In this document: positions 1-12,809 of the stretch, piece by piece
Numbering within the stretch: the first letter of the stretch is position 1
Layout of the letters: every line of letters begins with the position of its first letter
Source: Squalus acanthias
Taxonomy: Eukaryota
NCBI GenBank assembly: GCA_030390025.1
Contig: CM059425.1
Coordinates: forward strand, 206,584,001-206,648,000
Direction: 5' to 3'
Length of the DNA stretch: 64,000 nt
Notes under the pieces: model-generated
Told to the model about the DNA's origin: nothing
The model's input: the letters and a program-made list of their open reading frames with translations, nothing else
The model's database searches: none
Position numbers and translations under genes: made by a program

Positions 1-467
1 CAGGAATGACGTATGAAGAGAGATTGGGTCGATTGGGCTTGTATTCACTAGAGTTTAGAAGAATGAGAGGGGATCTCATTGAAACTTATAAAATTCTAAC
101 AGGACTAGACAGACTAGATGCAGGAAGGATGTTCCCGATGGTGGGGGAGTCCAGAACCAGGGGTCACAGTCTAAGGATAAGGGGTAAGCCATTTAGGACT
201 GAGATGAGGAGGAATTTCTTCACCCAGAGAGTGGTGAACCTGTGGAATTCTCTTCCACAGAAGACAGTTGAGTCCAATTCATTAAATATATTTAAGAAGG
301 AGTTAGGTATATTTCTTAAGGCTAAAGGGATCAAGGGATATGGGGAGAAAGCAGGGACAGGGTACTGAATTTGGATGATCAGCTATGATCTCATTAAATG
401 GCGGAGCAGGCTCAAGGGGCCGAATGGCTTACTCCTGCTCCTATCTTCTATGTTTCTATGTTTCTAT
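1..467 (+). mobile_element. CR1 LINE 3' end (ORF2 C-terminus and 3' UTR)
   Basis: ORF 6..368 (YEERL..LYSLEFRRMRGDLIETYKI..RNFFTQRVVNLWNSLP) is the CR1 ORF2 tail. It ends in (TTCTATGT)n repeats and is near-identical to the copy at 23320-23770 (-). Confidence 0.95.
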
Positions 468-596
468 AAGGGATATGGGGAGAAAGCAGGGACAGGGTAC
501 TGAATTTGGATGATCAGCCATGATCACATTGAATGGCGGAGCAGGCTCGAGGGGCCGAATGGCCTACTCCTGCTCCTATCTTCTATGTTTCTATGT
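468..596 (+). repeat. Tandem second copy of the last ~130 bp of the same CR1
   Basis: Direct repeat of 333-467 with a few substitutions and its own TTCTATGT tail. Confidence 0.9.
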
Positions 597-604
597 AACT
601 CGTC

Positions 605-770
605 CTTTATCTCATTTTTATTTGTGGGGCCTTGCTGTGCACAAATTGGCTGCAATTTCCTACAAAACAACAGTGGCTCCACTTCAAAAGTAATTCATTG
701 GCTGTAATGTGTTTTGGGACGTCTTGAGGACATGAAAGGCGCTATCTAAATGCAAATTCTTTCGTTCTTC
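605..770 (+). mobile_element. Deu-domain SINE (SacSINE1/AmnSINE1-like), 3' half
   Basis: Matches the 3' part of the copies at 2353-2782 and 52663-53111 (cttcaaaagta..cattggctgt..aaaggcgctat..aaatgcaa). Confidence 0.8.
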
Positions 771-1032
771 TATTGGGAGAATATGATTAATTTTTGAGCG
801 ATGTTTATAACTAACTTACCTGAAGCATAGTTCATGATATTACTTAGTATAAAATGACAAATATAATTTATTTTTCCAGTAACAAGAGTAGTTTATCAGC
901 AGCAACAGTAATTTGTTGGTTTAAAAATATTCTTCTTTTCAATAGAAAATTAAATAATTATATTTAATTTCACTCTGCCAATTTTTCCCCTCTTCTTTAC
1001 TGAAGGCATTGGTTCATTATTGTGGTACAGTT

Positions 1033-1922
1033 TGTAGAAAGTATATGCAGACCCTTAATTTTTAATTCTCATATATATTGAAATGCTTTACCAGGCCAAA
1101 AGGTTTTTTTCAAAGTGAAATAAAGTTGGTGAATGTAACAGACTGTCTTTCACTGATAAGTGGACATGGAATGTGCTTTACGAAAAGGCAGCAAACATGG
1201 TTGTGACTGCAGGGAGTAGTAATAGACAACAGAAATAAACAACCCCCCTTAGATGTTGCAGACTTCATGACTGCAATAAATAGGTCACAAAGTTTTAAAT
1301 CGACTTTTTGGTGGCTAAAGGGGAGTCAAACCTTTGAAGTTTTGAAATGCAGAATACGACGTAACACATGAACTGTAACCAATTGGTTTTCTGCCACTTT
1401 TGTAAACCTTGAGTGAATGAACAATTTTGGGCTTTGATAAAGGCAACTAGTGGCTAGCGACACAGGATGTGTGAGTGTGAACGATTGACAGCTCAAACCA
1501 TTCAGGCCGAACATTAAAGGAACATTTCAATCTCTGATGATTGATTTACTGAGAAAGGCAAAGAAAACTGTATAAAACACGGTGGCTAAAGAATATCGGC
1601 ACTGCAGTCAGAAGAAGATGGTTTGGCCAGTCATCTCACCTGCGAGGATCAGGCTGCAGTCAGAAGGAGGGGCCTGGCCAGTCTTCTTGCTTAAGAGGAC
1701 ATACAATCAACGCTGGACTGATCATCGGCGGGTGGTTGTATGTATGATTTCTTGTAATATTATTGGTGAACTGCTCGAATAGTGGTTGGGGTTTTGATTT
1801 TGTCTTCGGAACAATAAAAGGTTAAAGGCAGAACCCGTGTGTCTGGTGTAATTTCTCATAAGTCTCAAGTCTGAACTCTATACCTGTTGGACGGGACGAG
1901 GGGTTATTTCGTACATCCTACA
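1033..1922 (+). mobile_element. Solo LTR
   Basis: TGTAG...CTACA termini, 4-bp TSD AGTT (1029-1032, 1923-1926), TATAAAA 1571-1577, AATAAA 1813-1818. Confidence 0.8.
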
Positions 1923-1926
1923 AGTT

Positions 1927-2240
1927 TCTCGGGTGCCTTTCATTTTCTGGTACCTTGCCTAAGTTACAATTCTTCATGTGTGAGCCTTGACAATGAATGC
2001 TGACAAGTTTGACTGGATGAGGGTAACACAGCCAAGCCCAATTGTGCCCTCACGTGACATCCACAAATCTGCACTTCCATTCGGGGTTGATGGATCGCAA
2101 TTTGGTGTGGTTACCTGGATAATTTATTCCTCCAACTTTAGTGTCCTGCTTCTGCACGGCTGAGATCAGATAACTCAGCACAGATCAGGAAGTAAACCTT
2201 TATGTGCATGGATCAGCTATTCACTTGATAGATGCATCGA
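1927..2240 (-). mobile_element. Old, diverged SINE-like repeat that hosts the LTR; related copy at ~30285-30530
   Basis: Shared blocks gggtgcc..aagt..attcttcatgtg between the two loci; family not firmly identified. Confidence 0.4.
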
Positions 2241-2352
2241 GCTATACGGATGCTAATGCTTTGAGTTACAGAAGCATGTATATAACTATATATATATGTG
2301 TGTGTGAAAAGAAAGAATTATTAAATAAAAAGAAAGAATTATTAAATCATTT

Positions 2353-2782
2353 TCAGTGGCAGGACTCTCACCTCTGAGTTAGAAGGTTGTGGGTTTAAGC
2401 CTCACTCCAGAGACTTCAGAACAGAAACCAAGCTAACACTTCATTACAGTACTGAGGTAGAGTTGCACTGCTGGAGGTGCCATCTTTCGAATGAGACATT
2501 AAACCATGTTCCCGTCTTTCCTCTCTGGCGGATGTAAAAGATCCCATGGCACTATTCGATGAAAAGCAGTGTCCTGGTCAATATTTATACCTCAATCAAC
2601 ATCACTAAAAGCAGATCATCTTGTCATTTATCTCATTGCTGTTTATGGGATCTTGCTGTGTGCAAATTGGTTGCCGTGTTTCCCTACATTACAACAATTC
2701 AAAAGTACTTCATTGGCTGTGAAGCACTTTGGGATGCCCTGAGGTCATGAAAGGCTCCATATAATTGCAAGTCTGTCTTTCT
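2353..2782 (+). mobile_element. tRNA-head Deu-domain SINE (SacSINE1-like), near full length
   Basis: Degenerate B box gggtttaagcc ~2391, Deu-like core (gatgtaaaagatcccatggcactatt), L2-like tail; colinear with 52663-53111 (-). Confidence 0.85.
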
Positions 2783-3690
2783 AAAATCCAGGAACTAGTT
2801 CTGAATAGGCATAGTTATTGAATATAATTGCATTGTATGGCACCCCCAACATGCACATTTATATCCACGACACTATGCCATTAGTGCTATTATTATTGAT
2901 TTCTTTTTTAATTTAATGTATACAAATAATAATATAATGTTTATAGAGATTGTGTATAGATAATCATTAGCTGGAATTATGATTTATATCAAGTTCCCCA
3001 TTGTATGTATGTTGCAGTTTGCATTTTCAGAAAACTGTCTTCTCAGATCACAGTATAACATTGATTCCCATTAGTGAACTATGATACGGAAACTATACCT
3101 TTTTTAATAGTCTACAACTCGCATAGGAGTATACTCAAGAGTGAGCAATTCCCTTTCTTATTGTACTCTACTTACTGGAATTAAAGTAGTCTCAAACCAT
3201 TCTACAAAATTCCTTCAGAATGACTGTTATTAACCACAAAACTGGCTGCTTATTGAATAAAAGAGCTAATATATTTATTTAGACTTAGTGATATGAAGTA
3301 CAAAAATTGGGAAATGAGAAAGTCTATAATGGGTTGATTAGCTTTGGTAAAAATATAAGAATATAAAAGTCTCTAGTGTGTAACGCTGATTTGACGCACA
3401 ACCTGCCATTTTTGACGTCGCCGCTCCATTCAACCCCTCTCCAAAACACAAACAACTGAATGAGCATTCAGCTGCACGAGAGACCCTCCACCAGCGCTAT
3501 TTAAAGGGATTAGCAACAATTTGCAGGTGACTTGCTTTTTGATTTCTGCTGGCTCTGTGTAAGTTTGTGCAACTGTTTGGAGCTTTCTACAGTTATTTAA
3601 AGTTGGTGAGGTGACAGGGAGTGTTGCTGCAAGTGGAGAAGGCTTTGCTTCTGAATTCAAGAGTTCTGCTCAGACTACTTGCTCCCAGTC

Positions 3691-5790
3691 ATGGGGCTCA
3701 AGTTGCAGTCCCCCTCGCGCTGGAGCATGACAGGGAGATGAAGCAGAGGCAGCGAAGAAGAGGACAAGCTGCTCGCAGAGGGAGGTGGAAGGGCAGGAGG
3801 GCCCTCAGCAGGAGGCCTTACCCACCTAGAGTCTTCCGAGAGCACTTTTCTTACTGCTCTTAAGCCAGGAGCAGTGTATTTGGAGACTCCGCTTCACCAA
3901 GGAGGTGGTCACAGAACTCTGCCACCTCCTGGAACCAGACCAACAGCCTCAGAACAGGGGGACGATGGCGCTGCCAGTGGCCTTCAAGATCACCGTGGCC
4001 CTCAATTTGTTTGCCACCGGATCCTTCCAGTCTGGAGCAGGAAACATAGCTAACATCTCCCAGTTTGCCGTCTATCGGTGCATCCGGGAGGTCACAGAGG
4101 CTCTGTACTCCAGGAGAAGCGACTTCATTGTCTTCTCTCTGAACAGAGAGAAGCAGGAGGAGTGCACATGTGGCTTTGCCAGGATATCGGGCTTCCCCAT
4201 GGTGCAGGGCACTATCGACTGCCCACACGTGGCTTTGTGGGCATCGCATATCAATCCTGAGATGTACCGTAACCGCAAAGGCTATCACTCACTTAATGTG
4301 CAGTTGGTGTGCGACCATGCCCAGCATATCAAGGAGACCTAGTAAAATTGAAGTCAATGGGAATCAGGGGAAAACTCTCCACTGGCTGGAGTCATACCTA
4401 GCGCAAAGGAAGATGGGTGTAATTGTTGGAGGTCAATCATCTCAGCTCCAGGACTTCGCTGCAAGAGTTCCTCAGGGCAGTGTCCTAGGCCCAACCATCT
4501 TCAGCTGCTTCATCAATGACCTTCCCTCCATCATAAAGTCAGAAAAAGTGGGGGTGTTCGCTGATGATTGCACAGTGTTCAGTTCCATTCACAACTCCCC
4601 AGATAATGAAGCAGTCCATGCCTGCATGCAGCCAGACCTGGACGACATTCAGGCTTGGGCTGATGAGTGGCAGGTAACATTCACGCCACACAAGTGCCAG
4701 GCAATGACTATCTCCAACAAGCGAGAGTCTAACCACCGCCCCTTGACATTTAATGACATAATCATCGGCGAATCCCCCACCATCAACATCCTGGAGGTCA
4801 TCATTGACCAGAAACTTACCTGGACCAGCCACATAAATACTGTGGCTACAAGAGCAGGTCAGATGCTGGGTATTCTGTGCTGAGTGTCTCACCTCCTGAC
4901 TCCCCAAAGCCTTTCCACCATCTACAAGATGCACTGCAGCAATTCGCCAAGGCTTCTTCGACAGAACCTCCCAAATCTGCAACCTCTACCACCTAGAAGG
5001 ATAAGGGCAGTAGGCGCATGGGAACACCATCACCTCCAAGTTCCCCTCCAAGTCCCGTACCATCCTGACTTGGAGATATATTGCCGTTCCTTCATCGTCG
5101 CTTGGTCAAAATCCTGGATCTCTCTCCCTATCAGCACTGTGGGAGTACCTTCACCGCACGGACTGCAGCAGTTCGAGAAGGCGGCTCACCACCACCTTCT
5201 CAAGGGCAATTAAGGATGGGCAATAAATGCTGGCCTTGCCAGCAATGCCCACATCCCATGAATGAATTAAAAAAAAATCATGATGGTGAATGCCCGGTAT
5301 CCTGGCAGCAGTCATGATGCCTTCATCTTGCACCAGTCTGGTCTGCCAGCAATCTTCCAGCCATCACGTCGAACCCGAGGGTGGCTGCTTGGATACAAGG
5401 GCTATCCACTCTGCACTTGGCTGATGACTCCCCTCCACAACCACACCACTCATGGCCAGCAAGCATATAATGAGAGCCATGCTGCCACAATGAACCTCAT
5501 CGAGCAGACCATCAGGATGCTTAAGCAATGGTTTTGCTGCCTTGACTGCTTGGGAGAGCCCTCCAATACAGGGAGGAGCCCTCCATTACATGCTGGAGCA
5601 GGTGTCCCATTTTGTGGTGGTCTGCTGCATCTTCCACAACTTGGCCATCATGAGGCCCTTGCCACCACGGATTCAGCAACCACCACAGGAGGAGGAGGAA
5701 GAGGAGAAGGAGGAAGGGAGGAGGCAGGCAGCAGATCCTTTTTCCGGACGGGCTGTCCATGAGCCCTGCATCAGAATCCGGTTCCCCTGA
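3691..5790 (+). pseudogene. Harbinger (HARBI1-like) DDE transposase, disrupted
   Basis: Motifs [47 protein letters not shown](Y)KGYP (conserved D changed to Y), IEQTI, CCIFHN; frameshifts and a LINE insertion at 4332-5276. Confidence 0.92.
4332..5276 (+). mobile_element. 5'-truncated non-LTR retrotransposon (CR1-group family 'B', clade unassigned)
   Basis: RT motifs VPQGSVLGP and FADD, AATAAA then A tail, TSD ATCA (4328-4331, 5277-5280); removing it restores transposase QHI|MMVNARYPG. Confidence 0.92.
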
Positions 5791-5959
5791 ATGAAACCGC
5801 AGATCCCCGTTGCTCACCACTTCCCCACCTTACCATCCCTCTGTCATGGAACATCACAGCTTCCTCTTGGGCACAAAGCTGAAATGAAAGCCACCAGAAA
5901 ACAAACATTCCAAACATAATTTATAAATGAATCAATGCAAAGCTACATACCAATATCAA

Positions 5960-7862
5960 CTAATCACTCTTGTGGATTAGCTTAGTGTCTATCTTTTGCG
6001 TTCCTTTGCCTAATCTAGTGCTCCTACAGTGCCACCCCAGTGGCTGCAGCATGGCTGGTGGAAGGCTACAGAATTTCCATGGTGGAGCCTGCAGATGGTC
6101 TTGCAGGACGACCTCGAGCAGCTCTGGGCTTAGAAGGCCCGGCTGTAGACTGCACCACCTCAGCTTGGGTGACAGCAGTCTGGGCTGGCTGACAGGCAGA
6201 GCAGCAAGGGCATTGGTCGAGTGGCAGTGGTGGGAATAGGAATGCTGTCATCCTGAGAGAGGACACCAGGTTCTTGCTCCACGGAGCCACTGCCATTCCC
6301 TGGGGGCAGTGCCTCAGCATTCCTAGCCATCACAGATGGCTGGACTGCTGTGAGACCCTGCAAGCCCCTTTCCACTCTAGTAAACCCAGCCACAATGGCA
6401 TCAGTCTGAGCTTGCGTGTCGACAAGCTGAGGCTGCATGAGAACAGTCTGAGCTTCCGCTACAGCACTGAAACGTTGGGTCGCTTCCTCTTGTACTGCAA
6501 TGGAAGCTGCGACAGTGCCCATTGTACCCAGTATCATGGTTGGGTCCACAAATGTCCTAACGGAGTTGCCCATCATGGAAATCCTGGGCTCCAAACTCCA
6601 TGCAAAGTCCTGTGCAACATTGAAGCCGCACTCCTCCATTCTCCTTGACACTGATAAGAGGCTCTCTGGCAGGCTTGCCATTGCACCAAGCATTTCTGTC
6701 TGCATGCCCATCACCCTTCTTCTGAAGGCCACCCACCCCATCAAAGTCATCATCTGAGTCCTGTGCAGCAGAACTTGTGCGCGAACCTGCCCTCCGGGGA
6801 GCAGGCACCCGAGCTACCCTTTCTCCCTGGCCTGGCTGCAGCCCACCCGTACCCAGTGACTCACCACATGCAGATCCCGCCTCAGTGCTACCCTCTGAAA
6901 TACGCACAGTGCCATTTTCTGAGCTGGTGCCTGGGAGTGTCAGATCGAGTGACGGTGCCTCCTCTTCTCCTTCACTCTCCTCCTCTAAAAGTCGGGGACA
7001 GGCTGGGCTGCTGGCAGTTCTTGGGTATCTGAAAGGAGAAAGGCACAAGGGTTGGTTTGTGGTGAGGGGAGGGGGAAAGCAAAATGTGCATGCTTACTCC
7101 ATCAGCAGCTTGTCAGTGAGAAGAAAATGTGTGATGAGGGGGAAGTGGGATGTGAGAAAGAGGATTAGGTATGAGCATACCATCATCAGCAATGCTTTCA
7201 ACCTCACCACTCGCAACAACCTCAGTGACGGCCCCTCCAATGATCTCCAGCTCTGTCTCCTCAAACTCAGTGAGGTTCTGAAGATGTGCTTCCACTCTGC
7301 CCATCTGCTGCTCATGCCTGTTGTGTGCCACCTTTGCCTGCAAGAGAATGGGAAGTGTGTCAGTGAGTGTGGTGCAATGTGTTTGAGTGAAGTGCCTGTC
7401 ATGCTTGAATAGCTCGCAGTGTGTGCAAGGTGTGAGATGTGGGTGGAAGTCCTACAGTAGTGGTAAGTATGTGAAGGTGAGGTGAAGCTATGATTGTGAG
7501 GTACGAGTCGTGATTGTTAGAGATTGTTGGTAGGTCAGTGATGGGGGTGTGGTGCATTGAGCCGTGTGTGAGGATAGTGGTGCAGTTGGTGGGATTTGGC
7601 ATTTGAAGATGCATTCACTCACCTTGACCACTCGTGTGAGGTCATTAAACTTCTTGCGGCACTGGATCCAGGTCCTCGGGGAAACGCACATGGCAATGAT
7701 GGCTTCTGCTATCTCCTCCCAGTGCCTTCTGGCGTGTTGCCTGGGTGGCCTCCTGTCTCCCCGAGGGTAGAGGACCTGTCGTCTCCTGTGCAGCCCAAGG
7801 ACCAAGGCCTCCAGTGCCGCATCTAATAACCTCCTTGCCCTCTCTCTTCCATGTTGAGCCAT
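5960..7862 (-). pseudogene. Three-exon Myb/SANT-like DNA-binding partner gene of Harbinger (NAIF1/MSANTD-like)
   Basis: Exon 1 7862-7623 (80 codons; ALEALV..WEEIAEAI..RTWIQCRKKFNDL; donor GTGAGT), exon 2 7337-7181 (acceptor ttgcAG, donor GTATG), exon 3 from 7028 (acceptor tttcAG) with frameshifts. Confidence 0.85.
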
Positions 7863-9953
7863 GGCTTCATCCAGACTGACAATGAGGTGCTTCTGCAACA
7901 AAGTACCTCACCTTTAAGTAGTGCAGAGAGCCTAGGCCAAAGTTTACTGGCCAGTAGACGGCACCTGATATTGGCCCCTGTTTTGAGTGCTAAGCCAACC
8001 AGCAGCGCGTTTAGCATTGAGCTCAGCGCTCCAATCATGTAAATGAGCAGGCAGCACGAATTTTTCATTCTGCCTGCGCCACTTTGAACAGGCGCGGGCA
8101 GATCACGCTTCGCGCTCCCCGCACCCGTGAGCTTAATCGAATTTCAACGCCTTTAACTCCATTTCCACCTTTCTGCCATCACCTAGCAATCACGAATGAC
8201 TCTTTTAGTCAAATGTTTTTTGGGGGAGTGGGCCATAGGCATTAAGAGAGGAAAATGCAATGTTGCACTTTGAAAAGCCATTTAAATCTCACTTATGAGT
8301 GACAGGCTGGAATACAGCAGGAGGTCACCCACATTGTTGGCTGAAGAAAATTGCAACAAGGGTTTTAACATATGGGTGCTTGTTCTGACTGTCCCAAATC
8401 CACCCCAAAATCATAGAATCATAGAATAGTACAGCATGGGTGGCAAATGTGAAGAAAATATAACCCTGTCTATCTCCCTCCCTCTTTATTTTCACAGTAG
8501 TTAGCAATTGAAATATTTACATTTTCTAAATATTAACAAAGTGCAGGTAATAATTAGAGGCTTTTTGCTTTTGAAATTCAATTCATTTGATTTTTTCGAT
8601 AATAAATTCAAATTAGGATGAATAGCTTTGAATTTCCTCAGGGTCTGGGGCGACATACAGCATAATTGGAGTGGGTAAGGACAGACGAGGTGGGAAATGG
8701 GGAAGGCCCTTGGTGCTGCTGGGTTACTAGGCAAAGCATAACTTTTTAAAAATTATTTTTTTATTCACAGTGTTGGGGGTAGGTGACCTGGTGGCAGTGG
8801 AAATACTGCTGGGAACCTGGCAAAAACTCAAATGAACCTGACCCCAGAAGATTCACTGCAGTCAGTGGACACAGAGCCAGGTGGCGTAAAGCCTGCCCCG
8901 CAACCAATCCGGCAGGACTCCCATTGAATAGGAAAATCTAGGCCTTGAGGTATTATGGACACCGAGTCTACATTGCCATGGGAACCTTTGCCAACTGGGA
9001 GTGCATATTAGAAATTTGGATGTGCACTTCCCAGGATTTTCTGATGATTCATTTTAATGATTGGAAAATTGTGGGCAGTGTGTATCTCTATTTCTGATTT
9101 GAGCTCCAAGTGGGTGAGGCTCTCCACCAATGGGGTGAGCTCCCTCTGGGCTGGATGCCTGAAATGTGACAGGAAGTGCACATATAAATAAAGTTTTTAT
9201 ATTAGTACCAACTGACCTTCCTTGACTTTGGTCATGGTAAGTCATTGGCTACATTGTTTTACAATGACAGGAGTCTTATACCATGTAACACATATAGTGC
9301 TATGAGATCGTGGGCACTACATTGCAGAGGATGGAAGAAAGTTGAATGATTACCTGGTACGCATGATATTTAATGAGGGATAACAGGACTTGATATTAGT
9401 TTAATCAAAGTGGTTTTGGACTAGGTGGTGCCTAAACAAGTATATAACAGGTTATAAGATAAATGGTCACTGTCTCTCATGAATTTTTGGTCCTACCTGT
9501 GATAGTTGAAGTGTCAAAGAAGATAGCAGTTTCACTAAAGTAATTACAGAATGTGGATGGATTCTACTGTTAGAGTTATTTAAATATTTTGCTGTCAGTT
9601 TTTTAAATTAACACTAAGTGAGTTATCACTGTTGATATCGTAGATGGATAAGTGTTCAACAATTTACCAAATAGTGACACCAGCGTGAACCACTTACAAC
9701 GTAGCAGAGATTGTCTTTTATATTTTTCAGTCAGTCTAGAAACAGCAGAAAATAGTTAACTAAATCAGGGCCTTGAAGTGATGCAGTGAGACTCTTTCTG
9801 TGTTGCAGGATACTGCTATTTTTGTCACCATCCATCAATGTCAGGGAATTGATGTGGAGGAGAAGCACCTCCAGATGTGCTAAGTAGTTGTTTGTGTCTT
9901 GATGTGGATGAACTGTTAGCTTTGGTATATTGACTGTAGGCTTCTATAAGCAA

Positions 9954-10628
9954 TGTTGGACATGTTGGAGAGTTAAGCGCTAATAATTGAACTGACTTGT
10001 ATCATAGAATAACAGGCTTTCTAAGATAAACAGGATAACAGCAGGGTGCCATGAGAAGGAAGGATAGATTTTGTTCTGCTCCAAACGTCTGATTATTATC
10101 TACGAGAAATGCTGGTGCAAGGAAATAAGTGACTAGAACAACATCGACCATGAGTGATTAATGTATAAATTTAATGACTAGTGTAATAAACATAGGCAGA
10201 GGGATAAATTAACCATGGTATAGAGTAGATGTCTAGGTAATAAACTGTTCTTCAAAGGATCCGAGAAAAGATATATTGTGACGTCTTGTTTATGAGAAGT
10301 ATCTTTGGAGTGGATAACTAAGACTATTTATGTAAATTAACTCTTAAAAGAATCTAAGAACAGATAAATCATGAGGCCTTCTCTGTGAAATATACCATTG
10401 AAGTAGGCAAACTGAGATGTATAAAAGAGGATGTGTTTCCAGAATTATTTGGAGAGCTCGAAGAGAGGGAAACCAGAAGCTACTCTTTGTATTGTATAGA
10501 TAGACAGCATAGGTAATCAATGAATAATGTCTGTTCTGTATACTCCACCATCAGATGTCTTGTGATTACTCGAAGCATGTCATTGTGAACCATAAAAGGA
10601 AGGAGGTTGACTCACAGTTGATTCAACA
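9954..10628 (+). mobile_element. Probable solo LTR
   Basis: TGTTG...CAACA termini, flanks AGCAA/AGCAG (4 of 5 match), TATAAAA 10420-10426; poly(A) signal degenerate. Confidence 0.55.
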
Positions 10629-10729
10629 AGCAGGTGTTACCTGTGTTCTTGAATATCTTGAAAGTCAGGGCTACTGTTGTGTTTTGGTGAGTGGTTCCAT
10701 TCAATTTTGGAATTAACCAGATTTATTCT

Positions 10730-10801
10730 CAACAGCAACAACAACAACAACAACTTGCATTAATATAGCGCCTTTAACGTAATAAAACGTCCCAAGGCAC
10801 T
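10730..10801 (-). mobile_element. L2 LINE extreme 3' tail with (CAA)n
   Basis: Matches tails at 18101, 30790 and 63305. Confidence 0.8.
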
Positions 10802-11714
10802 AATCTCATTTTTGGGGTATGATTGTAATTTCATTGCCCATAGGGCAGATATTTGACAGGTAAAAAACAAAAATAATCATTAATACTTAAGAATTTAATT
10901 AACATTTAAACAACCAGGAACCGCACATGATGTTTGAGAAGTAATTTCAAAAAGTACATTATATACCATCAGAAGTCATGCGTCAATACGGAATGGATCC
11001 CGTTTTCTTTTGTTTGGGCATAATTTGGAGGCAGGGTTTTCAGCAAATAATTGCTGATTTGTGTCTGTACACAAAATCAAAATAATCTTTTTAGGATTTG
11101 TTGGGGACAGTTGCATAGTGATCAAATCATGATGTACATGGTAAGCAGCCAGTGTTTGACTTGTGAATGGGAGGAATGAATGCTCTTAAGCTACAATTCC
11201 TCCTGTTCTTAAGAGTTAATTGTGTCCATTCTAAGTTGTAAAAATATTGATTGTGGCTGCTGCAGACAGTTAAGTCCTGGGTAGACTCAGATCTTGTCTG
11301 CAAGTATGGATTATCACAGTCAAGCTGAAAACCAAAGTATATGTAAACTAAGGTTACTGTTAACATGATCTTCTGCATGTAATTGAATGCCATGTCTGCC
11401 TTGTCAGTGGGCACAGACAAAATGTCTAGAGGAAAAGCATAGAGTGAGCAAATGGGCACTTTTGATTAGGATTAAAAAGCCACAGGGTTGGATAATGCAT
11501 CCCTAGTGATTATGCTCTTTGGATGCTGTGATGCATGCTGCTAATTTTATGCTATAATGTAAGGTCAGCTCATTATAATAAATATTCATTGCTCGGTGCA
11601 TGATGTGCTGGAAGAGACATGGGATTAAGGTATAGATTGTCAAGCAACAGCAACACTTAAAGGACTGCTGGTCATCCTTAAAGTTGTACTACAACTGAAA
11701 GGGAGATTGGTTAG

Positions 11715-12300
11715 AGGCAGACAAGGGAGTGGACTTCTCCATTTCGTGATAAAGCTTTGGAGGTCCTGCAGAGGAGTAGCTCTTTTTGAAGGTGAAGACC
11801 ACCCCGCAATAAAAAGCAGTGCCAGAGCAACATGAGGTGATAGAGGAGTCTCACCTGTGTCTGCAGCCTGCGAACAGGTGAGGAAGATATTTTCTGGGCC
11901 AAAGTAAGTGTGCTAATACTTGGCTTTCATTTTACAATGTTAGCTTGCAATGCATTTTAAGTGCACTTCATCTAAATTTAGTGCACAGCACAGTGCGTAA
12001 ATGTACTGCACTTTGACTACTGGTCATCTTTCTAAATGCACAGGTATGCTCATGTTTTTCCTGAGCCAAGTGTCATGTTGCCATATCAACATGTTGACTG
12101 TGTGGCCTTTAAATATACCGAGCAACAAACTGGACTATAGATAATAGGAGGCAGCACAACCAGAAAAGAGTGGTCACCGAAGCTGCTCTCCTTGACTCCT
12201 TATGAGGAGAGGGGTATATTGATTTTGATTGTGAAGGCACTAGAGAGAATGGTAGAGGGGGAGATTTGAGGCAATTTCTTGCTATGTGAGGGATGTTCTA
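11715..12300 (+). pseudogene. Highly decayed Harbinger Myb-like gene remnant
   Basis: PFRDKALEVL..GEDH..CEQVRKIF followed by GTAAGT; downstream LTPYEER resembles exon 2; similar remnant at ~43400-43620 (-). Confidence 0.35.
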
Positions 12301-12809
12301 CTGCATTGTAAATACATTTTGCTGCTGCTCCTTTATGCACTCAAGAGGAGAAGGTGGCAGCATTTGATATACAGCCTCAATTCAGCATCTCACAGAACCC
12401 TGTGTTATATCACAGATATATCTATTTCAGGGGTTTAGCTAGCAGGAAGAAGCACTTGGTGATTCACAGAGCATGAAGAAGAACAAATGCAGGTGGCATT
12501 CCAGTCCAAGGGCAACTTCAGAATATGAATAACAAGACTTGCATGGATGACGGGGACGCCAGGGCCATATCTCCCAGCTACCCCACTCAAATGACTCCAG
12601 ACATCTACCAAAGGTGCAGATTTATGCTCAATTAAGACCCTAATGAAATTATGTGCTACATTGTACCTCTCCTCAGGTTTTGTCGTTGGGTTTCACAGTG
12701 GCTGCAATACATATCCTTTGGTTGCCCAGCGGCCATTCCTACAGTCTTTGTGGCCATTCAAATAATGCTGCCATTGTGGGAGATGTGAAAGTCGCAAATA
12801 ATTCCATGA

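Larger units (their letters stand above)
3381..8151 (+). mobile_element. PIF/Harbinger transposon family A (transposase plus convergent Myb/SANT gene), left end missing
   Basis: Colinear with 55620-56310 and 58750-58896; right TIR remnant gaatttcaacgcc; two convergent genes. Confidence 0.9.

Noticed and set aside
3691-5790. Host HARBI1 gene (also considered for 36004-37235 and 49225-50378)
   Set aside because: Multiple diverged copies with TIRs/TSDs, frameshifts and lost catalytic residues indicate transposon relics, not the domesticated gene.
6274-7412. Long plus-strand ORFs (124 aa and 211 aa) and similar antisense ORFs over LINEs
   Set aside because: Shadow frames of GC-rich transposon coding sequence on the opposite strand.
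8776-8944. Possible old Harbinger MITE with TTG flanks
   Set aside because: The left terminus matches the right TIR too poorly to call.
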